NCBI GenBank assembly: GCA_965112155.1
Contig: OZ218103.1
DNA length: 64,000 nt
Source of the DNA: Podarcis liolepis
Taxonomy: Eukaryota
Reading direction: 5' to 3' (one strand)
This document shows positions 37,101 through 64,000 of this stretch, piece by piece; the first letter of the stretch is position 1; each line of letters opens with the position of its first letter. Position numbers and translations under genes: made by a program. The notes under the pieces are model-generated. The model had not been told where the DNA came from, did not search any database, and was given only the letters and a program-made list of their open reading frames with translations.

Positions 37101-40100
37101 TTGAAAAGGTTTTTAGAATTGCAATAGAAAATTCATTCACCAGCAGGGGGTGTTAGACTGTAATGTTCCATGGAGTCACAGTATGTTCAAAATACACCAT
37201 CCATTTTGAAATGGTTGTAGCATTGCAAAAGCTTGGCATAGTTTACTCGGGTATTGCTTTATAGAACTGCTAGATATTTTCTTAATAAATTCCCCTTCAG
37301 CCCATTGGTTTACTCATTGTAATTTCTCCCCATGTTTTAGGAATTTAGTCTGTGATGGGAAAAGAGGCTTGCTGACCAGACTTCTTCAGGTAATGAAGAA
37401 AGAGCCAGCGGAATCATCATTCAGGTGGGTTCTGTTATTACTACATTAAGCATAGTGTTCTGTTGTAGGAAAACTTGATCTTCAGAGTCCAGAGAGAAAT
37501 TGGATCCTTGCCAACTATTAAAAAACTTCAGTTTTGATTAGTTTTGTCCTTAAATTGAAAAAATTGAGGCCAGCAGGGATAGGAGACCTTCTCTCAGCAT
37601 GGTTTCTACCCTGCCCATGACCTTAAAGTTGCCTAGTCTCTAAAGATGTCTTAGTTGTTTAAACTTTGAATCCTAACTAGCGATACACATAAGGAAGATC
37701 CGCATATCCAGCCAAAGTTTTGCTTTGCTTTCCCTGCAACTGTTCTCACTATCAAAAGAGCATGTCACATAAAACTGTTTCCACTTTTTATTTACAATTA
37801 ACTGGGTGTTTCTTTCTTAATATAAGGTGTTAATTTTATTTTATGCACCAGGTTTTGGCAAGCCAGGGCAGTTGAAAGTTTCTTACGGGGCGCTACTTCT
37901 TATGCAGATCAGATGTTCCTGCTAAAGAGAGGGCTCCTAGAGGTATTCTAAATGTTTACTAAATACAAATGTTTGTGAAACATGCTTCTAAACCCTTAAA
38001 CCCTTGATTTCTTAGAGAACATGGAGTCTTTACTAAGAGTTAATCAACTTCTTAGACATTGTCATAATCTAGGGTTCAGTCTAATCTTCTGAAGTTTGTC
38101 ACTTTACTGTGCTCTGTGTCTCTGAAACCACAGTTATAAATTATCAGGCTTAATCCCCTAGCAAGTCAAAACACCTTCCTGTAACAAGTATAGGAAGTCA
38201 AAGCCCTTTTTATTTCTGCCTGCGGAAAGCAAAATGTGAAGCTTATTGTCTTTATGGTAATATTTTTCTCCTTGCCAGCATATTCTCTACTGCATTGTAG
38301 ACAGCGAATGCAAGTCACGAGATGTGCTTCAGAGTTACTTTGATCTTCTGGGAGAACTGATGAAATTCAACATAGATGCTTTCAAGAGGTTTAATAAATA
38401 CATCAATACGGATGAAAAGGTAAACCTAAACCCCCAGAGTCCCAGATGAATCCTCAGCCTTATAATATATTGGATGCTGGCAAAGCCTAATCACTCTACT
38501 TTTTTAGTTTCAGATATTTTTGAATCAGATCAACAGCTCACTGGTTGATTCCAACATGCTGGTTCGTTGTATTACTTTGTCTCTAGATCGATTTGAGAGC
38601 CAATCAGATATTAAAGGTAACTGCGGTCTGTTCTGAGACCAAGAAATTGTTTTTAAAATATGGGCAACTGTGTCTATAACCATCAGGAATGTGGTGGCTT
38701 CTGAAAATCCTTTTGGAATTATTGGGTGCAATGATTGGTTCCTGGTCCATGGCGAGCAGGTACATACAGGGTCAGGCTTTTTCCCCATGCTGCTTAGCAG
38801 TGGCATATTTGCTGCACTGCCAGCAACTTCAGAAAGATTTTCAGCAGCCGCTAAGGCTTGGATGAACTGATGATAACAAACAGGTAAAACTCCTAGTATC
38901 TGTCACAATAGATAAGCACCCATTGTTGCTACTGCTGTTTTTGTCTGAGTTTCTTTGAAGTTTAAAAAGTGTTAATTTTAATGGGCACTTCATGTGGTTG
39001 CTTTTCTCAATTAACGAACAGTGGATAGAAACAAATATTGGCAAAGCTGTTCATTCAAAAATCATTCAAAAATGATTTTGGCTCAGCTCTTTCAACCTAA
39101 CAAATGGCTTGTCTCCTACAGTGGCAGAAGTCCTATCTGAGTGCCGCCTGTTATCCTACATGTCACAGATGTCCATGAGGATGTCCTTCCTTTTCCGGCT
39201 TATTAATATTATTCATGTACAGACACTCACACAGGTAAAAAACTGGCACTGATCTCCCATGGAGCATATGTAAATAGATTTTGTATCCAATGTGATGTTT
39301 TCCTTTAAGTTCCTAACCTGTTGGACTCTAGTGTTCCATAAATGGACTCTGGGAATATCTGTTAGTTTGAGCCTTTTATATTTTTTATTCTTATTTTCTT
39401 TACTATAGGAAAATGTAAGTTGTCTGAACACAAGTCTAGTTATCTTAATGCTGGCCCGAAGGAAGGACAAACTTCCCTTCTATCTTCAGACACTGCAAGA
39501 GATGGAATACACCAAGAAATACCCTGGATTTATCCTGAATAATTTTCACAGTCTTCTGCGTTTCTGGCAACAGCATTACCTCAATAAGGACAAGGACAGC
39601 ACCTGCTTAGAAAATGTATGTCTGTTCCAGTTGCTTTGGAATATGCTCTTTATATTTTGTAATTGTGGCCCAGTGGGGAAAGAGTAAAAGAGATAGATGA
39701 TGTAATGACAGTGCTAAGGCAGTGTAATGCAACAGCAACATGATTGTCAGGGTGTATTTTAAGAATATGCGAGAATTGAACACTCTTAGGAGGCTGTGTT
39801 GGGCTCTCAACAAAACTAAAGCATTTTTTGGTTATTGTCAGTGTCGCAGTTTCTTGGTAAGCCAGAACAGACTGTGCGCTGCCACAGAAACATTCTGCTT
39901 CCTCAGATGCAGGCTACATCTGCATTGAAAAAGTGAGAACCCATGTTTTGTGTAGGTAGATCTAAACTAGACTGAATTTCTTAGCTATAGTAAAACAGTG
40001 CTTTCTATGTACCTATGCATTTGGTCCATGTTAATTTGAAGCATTGTCTGGTACTTTATATAGTAACTAACACACACATACACCCCCCCACACACACCAT

Positions 40101-41072
40101 GATTAGCATGGAAATGCTTATTCTGTGTTCTTGGCCAGTTGTGTCATAATATTTTTCCACTGCAAGGCAGTTTTTATAACTTTCTATAGTAAAAAACATA
40201 TGGAAAACATTATCATTTTGGTCTCCCTGGAGACATCTGGCTGATTACTGGATGGGGGATGTCCTGGTTCAGGCCAGAAAGATTGTTGTGCTACTGGGCC
40301 AAATTTAAAGTTTCACTTGTTGGCATATAAAGCCCTAAACAACTAGGAACCAGGCTGTCTGAAAGATCGCCTTTGCTGCCTGTCCACTGCAGTTGTCTGT
40401 GGTGCCATGTGTGCTGGAGCTTTGTTTCATGGTAACTCAGAAGGCCTTCAGCACAGGGGCACCTGCCTTGTGGAATACAACATCTGTCGAAATTAGGCAG
40501 GCTCCAACAATTGGTTATATGCTAAAAAAACTACTTCAGTGGGTTTTCCCAGATTTGATTCACGGGCAGTATCAGATTTTTTTGTGGGGGGCATTATATT
40601 TATTATACATTGCTGTGATATTTGTTCATATTCAGCAGCTTATTTGGAAAATTTATGAAATTTATAAAAAATTATAAAATGGTCATACTGATTGCATAAT
40701 TTCTGCATTCTAAGAAAATTTGCTTTCCTTTCAAAAGAACATGCTCCTGAAAGAAGACTGGGCTAAGTTGCTCTGAATTCAATTTGAATTCCTAGTTTCC
40801 CTGTGTTTGATAATGGGCGGGGCCAACATGAAGTTTCTGTTCTTGGTAGCAAGTTAGTTGCTAGATACAGCTGCATTTTAGTGGTACTTGCTGTTGTGCT
40901 GTAGCATAAACTTTTTTTTCTACCTTCTTTACAGAGTTCATGTATTAGTTTTTCCTACTGGAAAGAGACTGTATCTATACTGCTTAGCCCAGACCGGACA
41001 TCACCTTGTGCCATAGTTAGCTACATTGACGAGGCATACATGGACATGGACAGAGATTTTGCCGAGGAGTAA
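18235..41072 (+). CDS. TRPC4AP: Short transient receptor potential channel 4-associated protein (TRUSS, CRL4-DDB1 substrate receptor), complete 19-exon CDS, 2370 nt / 789 aa
   Basis: Spliced translation matches the TRPC4AP family throughout (EISPLLSMEAMAFVTEER, LQELEEWYTWLDNALVLDALMR, FWQARAVESFLRG, WQQHYLNKDKDSTCLEN, YMDMDRDFAEE*). GT-AG introns, phases consistent. Confidence 0.97.
21341..21513 (+). mobile_element. Tc1/mariner-superfamily (Tc2/pogo-like) MITE
   Basis: TA-flanked, TIR CCGTATTTTT; near-identical inverted copy at 48850-49022. Confidence 0.85.
23433..23561 (+). CDS. TRPC4AP: TRPC4AP exon 2
   Basis: LTEALLKERDKQAKWNGIPLLLQKLYENSHPNSDLSQCQGILK. Confidence 0.92.
24207..24323 (+). 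CDS. TRPC4AP: TRPC4AP exon 3
   Basis: EISPLLSMEAMAFVTEERKSAQESTFPNTYTFDLFGGVD. Confidence 0.95.
27880..27937 (+). CDS. TRPC4AP: TRPC4AP exon 4
   Basis: LLVEILMRPTLITQKKKQK. Confidence 0.92.
28057..28072. repeat. (TG)n microsatellite
   Basis: direct reading. Confidence 0.7.
29189..29244 (+). CDS. TRPC4AP: TRPC4AP exon 5
   Basis: ISDDLIKDCLSILYNTCIC. Confidence 0.92.
30064..30192 (+). CDS. TRPC4AP: TRPC4AP exon 6
   Basis: TEGVTKRLAERNDFVLFLFTLMTNKKTFLQTATLIEDILGVKK. Confidence 0.95.
30575..30980 (+). mobile_element. CR1 LINE 3' fragment
   Basis: ...KRLRGDMSAAFKYLKGY...; tail TTGGATTAGATGATCTCCAAGGTC...ATTCTGTGATTC. Confidence 0.75.
32878..33079 (+). CDS. TRPC4AP: TRPC4AP exon 7
   Basis: EMIQLEDIPNLSSLVSSFDQQQLANFCRILAVT...RAEINQ. 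Confidence 0.95.
33241..33429 (+). CDS. TRPC4AP: TRPC4AP exon 8
   Basis: AALLNIPGFIERLCKLATRKV...WYTWLDNALVLDALMRVAGEETEQSST. Confidence 0.95.
33735..33877 (+). CDS. TRPC4AP: TRPC4AP exon 9
   Basis: ESSDESGFASTSPRNQLPQTMKIMHEIMYKLEVLYVLCVLLMGRQRNQ. Confidence 0.92.
34131..34262 (+). CDS. TRPC4AP: TRPC4AP exon 10
   Basis: VHKMIAEFRLIPGLNNLFDKLIWRKHSASALVLHGHNQNCDCSP. Confidence 0.95.
34544..34602 (+). CDS. TRPC4AP: TRPC4AP exon 11
   Basis: DITLKIQFLRLLQSFSDHH. Confidence 0.95.
35512..35613 (+). CDS. TRPC4AP: TRPC4AP exon 12
   Basis: NKYLLLNSQELNELSAISLKANIPEVEAVVNTD. Confidence 0.95.
37341..37424 (+). CDS. TRPC4AP: TRPC4AP exon 13
   Basis: NLVCDGKRGLLTRLLQVMKKEPAESSF. Confidence 0.95.
37852..37942 (+). 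CDS. TRPC4AP: TRPC4AP exon 14
   Basis: FWQARAVESFLRGATSYADQMFLLKRGLLE. Confidence 0.95.
38279..38419 (+). CDS. TRPC4AP: TRPC4AP exon 15
   Basis: HILYCIVDSECKSRDVLQSYFDLLGELMKFNIDAFKRFNKYINTDEK. Confidence 0.95.
38508..38616 (+). CDS. TRPC4AP: TRPC4AP exon 16
   Basis: FQIFLNQINSSLVDSNMLVRCITLSLDRFESQSDIK, preceded by an 88-nt intron. Confidence 0.93.
39122..39234 (+). CDS. TRPC4AP: TRPC4AP exon 17
   Basis: VAEVLSECRLLSYMSQMSMRMSFLFRLINIIHVQTLTQ. Confidence 0.95.
39409..39615 (+). CDS. TRPC4AP: TRPC4AP exon 18
   Basis: ENVSCLNTSLVILMLARRK...WQQHYLNKDKDSTCLEN. Confidence 0.95.
40290..40620 (+). mobile_element. L2 LINE 3' fragment
   Basis: AAATTTAAAG...TATAAAGCCCTAAAC...AGGCCTTCAGC...GCACCTGCCTTGTGGAAT (AFS..APALWN). 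Confidence 0.55.
40935..41072 (+). CDS. TRPC4AP: TRPC4AP exon 19 (last coding)
   Basis: SSCISFSYWKETVSILLSPDRTSPCAIVSYIDEAYMDMDRDFAEE*. Confidence 0.95.
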   Translation, partial: SSCISFSYWKETVSILLSPDRTSPCAIVSYIDEAYMDMDRDFAEE

Positions 41073-41870
41073 TTCTTCAGGCTCTGGCTTCCAATGGACT
41101 GTGCTTCAGAGGGAATCTTGCAGACAATGGATTTTCAGGGATATGCTGTGTGCACAAACTTGGAACTATGGAATGTTACCATGTTAAAGTTTTCTCTCTC
41201 CATCCCCTGCTCTCAGCACTGTTTTGAAGAGCAAGACATCACCAACTTCCTAGTCAACATATTCAGGGAATGCTTGTGTTCTGTCCGAAATTGTCTGCAA
41301 AAAGCCCAGTCTTTTCTGCTCACTGTGGCTAGAATCCTTTGAGTTTGATAGATGGGATCTTTCAGATGTGCAGTTGTTAGCTGTGGCTTTTTATCCTGGC
41401 TACCAGAATTAGATGTTAAAAGTGCAGGCAATTTTTGGGGCCATCCAAACAAGCCGATTTTTATGGGCACGCCAGATGCACACCAGCCACATTTAAGCCA
41501 CTTTTAAAAGTTTCTATTTTTATTGCTTTTTCCTTTGCATTGGGATATAGAACTGATTGTGTGTGTATTTTGTTTTTAAATTCTTGGAGATAATAGCTCT
41601 CTTCACTTCTTTGCAAACTACTTTGGGATTGTCTCCTACAAAACTTGTGTCCAAACCCCTTATTTTATCTTGTTGTGGTATTGCATCCAGAAGTATCTCT
41701 CTCCATTCTGTGGAAATCTCTTGTCTTCAGCTGATTTTACAGTGTGGTCTAGAACAGGCATACATTGTGGTGATCGGGTTAGTCTTGGGAGCCTAGCTTT
41801 GACTAGGCACTAATGAATTGAAATTAACTGATTTCCCCCACTCTAAATATTGCAGCCTGACCATTTTGTC

Positions 41871-41876
41871 AATAAA
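41871..41876 (+). terminator. first candidate TRPC4AP polyadenylation signal (more at 42652, and ATTAAA at 44057, 44071, 44590)
   Basis: AATAAA about 800 nt after the stop; actual 3' end unknown. Confidence 0.4.
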
Positions 41877-42707
41877 TAACCAACTCAAGTTGAAAATTTA
41901 TTCTGCAGTCCTGCTTTGGCTGACCATAAAATCTGCTCTTGAACTTTTGCTATTTGGAAACCTAACACTCTAGGCTAAAATAGCAAAATTAACACCTTTT
42001 ATTCCAATTGTGTATATATATTTATTTATTGTTCCTGAAGTGTAATAGTTACTGGAATTGGCTGATGATCTCCTAATGATACATGTATTAAATGCTGCCC
42101 AGTGATTTTGGTTTGGGGACAAATTGCTCAACAATATCTGAGTTTGCTCTTGTAACTGCTGGCATTTAAACAAGTCACTTGGAATATAAGCTAATATTTG
42201 AAGTCAAAAACTTTCTGAACATTCTTTTCATTACTGTGCTAAAGCACTTTAAGAAGCTTTAGCAGCCCTTTATCTCCCTCAGTTTAAAATTACTTTGATT
42301 GTCCCTTAATGTGTAAATGTATACTTCTGGGACATACTGATATAGCACAATATACCCCTGAAAAGTCTTGTGTTAGAATGCTATGGCTATGTGGTATTTT
42401 CCTCTATGAAGGAAAACCTTAAATATCAGAACCAGTCTTGGTTCAGAAAGGTAATTTCCAGACATGGAACTTAACAGTAGCTGGGAAAGCGGAGTGCTTG
42501 ACTATTCTCATCATCTTTACCCTGCACTTTTTGCTGCACCTTATTTTCAGATAACGCCATGGAAAGAACAGCTGGACTGCAGCAGGTTTGTTTACAGATA
42601 CTATTTTAATATATATTTGCCTCATAAAAAAACAAAGGCACTTGCTTCCAGAATAAAAAGTATAGTACTGTTCTATCTCACAGTACTATTTGCTCTTTGG
42701 TTTAAAT

Positions 42708-42845
42708 CAGGCGTCCTCAAACTCGGCCCTCCAGAATTTTTTTGGCCTACAACTCCCATGATCCCTGGCTAGCAGGACCCAGTGGTCAGGGATGATGGGA
42801 ATTGTAGTCTCAAAACATCTGGAGGGCCAAGGTTGAGGAAGCCTA
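42708..42845. mobile_element. hAT-type palindromic MITE
   Basis: Long inverted arms; perfect 8-bp TSD GTTTAAAT at 42700-42707 and 42846-42853. Confidence 0.85.
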
Positions 42846-43507
42846 GTTTAAATAATCTAATTGGTTGGGCATCTATTGAAGGAACAGCGCAGCACTTTAA
42901 GACTGACCCAGTCTGTGTTCTCCTTTGTGGTATGTTAGAAATTAAAATGGAAATATGGGAGCAAATTATGTATCTGCTGTGCAGGAGCAACCAGCCCACA
43001 TCCTTTTTGATTTTTTTTTTAAGGATATGTTAAAATTTTCATCCCAAGGCACCATTAAACTGGCTTTACCTGACTCCACATGCCTTTGACAGTTATCAAA
43101 TGAGTCCAAGTGTTGAGGTAACTTTTTATAGCAGACATTTGCATCTTGGTTTTAACCTGTTCCTTCTTGGGCTCATCCTTTTTCCCCTTCCCCAAATTCT
43201 AGGTTATATTTATGCGCTGATTCTATAAATGTAGTAACCCTACACTTCAAATTAAACGCTATGTATTAAAAGGCTCAAATGAGACTGGATGCCTTCTGAG
43301 TCGTTTTAATTATTGCATCCAGTCTGCAAAGAACTAACTAATTTTCATCCAGTATATATGACATATTTCCTTGTCATTGAATGGTCAGGCTGCTTTGCTC
43401 CTTTTATGCATTTGACTCAGGTGAGACTGATCCTTAGCTACTCCTGGGAGTGGCTTGGTATCGCCCACCATGCTCCTCTATTTGTTTCCAGTTTATTGGT
43501 CTAGGCC

Positions 43508-43640
43508 CAGGGGTAAGGAACTTGCAGCCCCTCAGATGTTGCTGCACTACAGCTTCAATCAGCCTTGGCCGTAGTGGTTAGGCCTGATGGGAGTTGGAGT
43601 CCACCAACAATTAGAAGGCCACCTGTGTTCCCTATCCCTG
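43508..43640. mobile_element. hAT-type MITE, older copy (further copies near 4057, 12243, 48440, 52365, 53110, 60495)
   Basis: CAGGGGTAAGGAAC...GTTCCCTATCCCTG ends and shared CAGATGTT..ACTACA / TGATGGGAGTTG core. Confidence 0.6.
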
Positions 43641-44986
43641 TTACAAGGTGATTGCAAGGAGTTGAGCTGGGGTTTTTGACTCAGGCTGCACCATTTGCCT
43701 TTTAGTTCTTACAGGGAGCTTGTATGCCTGAGAGATCTCCCGCCACAGCTTCTCTCATAGAATCTTCTTTGCAAATGTTTAGAGACTGCAATGGTAGGCT
43801 TGGATTTAAATGCAAACTGCTTCAAGGAGTGATACCGATGAGTGACACTTAAATGTGGCTGAAAAACAAAAAAGGTCACTGTTGGCTGTGTTGGCTTTGG
43901 TTTGGATTTTTAATCACTAAAGGAATGGAACTGCTGTGTGGCAAGAGGGTGGGCCTCACCAGGCCAACAAATGTTCCTGGAAATTTAAAGTATCTCAAGT
44001 GGATTAATGTTCATGCTGCCCAGATTAATGCTGATTTACTAACAGCACATAAATGTATTAAATGGAAACTATTAAAATAATTTTATTTTAAAAAAATATG
44101 CTAGTGAAGGTCTTTACTTTTTCTGCAACAATTCTCATAGTCACGGAGCTCTTCCTATAAATAGCATGGATTGGGTATAAGCAAGTGGACTTCACAGTTG
44201 TAATGCTCAGGTGGAGGTTTGTGAGTTGATGGGTTAACAATAGACACACTGAAATTATCAACAGGTCTATTCTTTGTATGGCTGGAAGTGATTACCACCC
44301 TTTTTCAGCAAGTCTTAAGGACCCTTATGGTTGGTGCCAATTCTACTTTAGTGTAGGATCTGTTGGCATACTTGTGTGATTGTGCATAATTCTGCATGCT
44401 TTGGGAACAAGTACCATTAATGTGGAAGCTTGCAATCTGAATATGCTTTGAGAAGGGATAGTTAAGGGGAACTTGGCTGCCTCCTAACCACCTTAAGTAG
44501 GGATATGTCTGCTGTAGAACGTAGCACGGTATCTTTGCAGCCCTGGGTCAACTGTTGCATAACTATCATTAGATGCCGTATGTCTAAGAATTAAAAACAT
44601 TGGCTTCACAATGAAGGCTGCTCTTTGTCAGGTAGAACAATACATTTCCCCTTTGTGTGGGTTCTTGAGTTATTTTTCCAAAAGACCTTAGAGTGTCCAA
44701 AAAACTTTGATCTATACATACTCCATGATTGAAGTTTTCACATCTGACCATGTTTCCTTACCTGCTGTACTTGAGAAAACACCGCTATCACCACTGGAAG
44801 TCAATTCTCTACCAGGCCATCCTCCACTAAGTAGAATGGGGAAAGTTGCCTACTGATGGAATTCTTGGAAAAGGACTTTGAAAGTTCTTCCTGCCATATT
44901 TCCATTTTAAATAGAGGAATTGTCATAGTGAGAACAATAGTCCACCCAATTATAAATAGGTCACAGCCTTCTCATGAATGCTAGGT

Positions 44987-44992
44987 TTTATT
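44987..44992 (-). terminator. MYH7B polyadenylation signal
   Basis: TTTATT on + (AATAAA on -), about 90 nt after the stop. Confidence 0.7.
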
Positions 44993-45079
44993 CACTACAG
45001 AGACAGTGATGGCTGTTGCAGCCATTTACATCTACACAATGACATAACGGTGAGAGAAGGGATGTTGCACTGCAGCTTC

Positions 45080-64000
<18,921 letters not shown>

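Overview
Vertebrate genomic DNA, most likely from a squamate (probably lacertid) lizard, judged from Sauria-type SINEs, Bov-B, CR1, L2 and hAT/Tc-mariner MITEs. The window covers the conserved EDEM2-TRPC4AP-MYH7B block. EDEM2 is complete on + (11 coding exons, 2769-15881, 581 aa). TRPC4AP/TRUSS is complete on + (19 coding exons, 18235-41072, 789 aa). MYH7B is convergent on -, with its last 21 coding exons (lever arm plus full rod) running from the window edge to 45080. All exons were read by hand with GT-AG junctions and consistent reading phases. Almost all other ORF-track entries are antisense shadows, repeat fragments or noise. I found no convincing new multi-gene system. The best leads are regulatory: an 11-nt perfect miR-499-5p site downstream of TRPC4AP (miR-499 is hosted by the neighbouring MYH7B), an atypical ACA/GTTAAGTAT splice donor and an overlapping uORF in EDEM2, a latent in-frame microexon donor in TRPC4AP, and nested or young transposon insertions.
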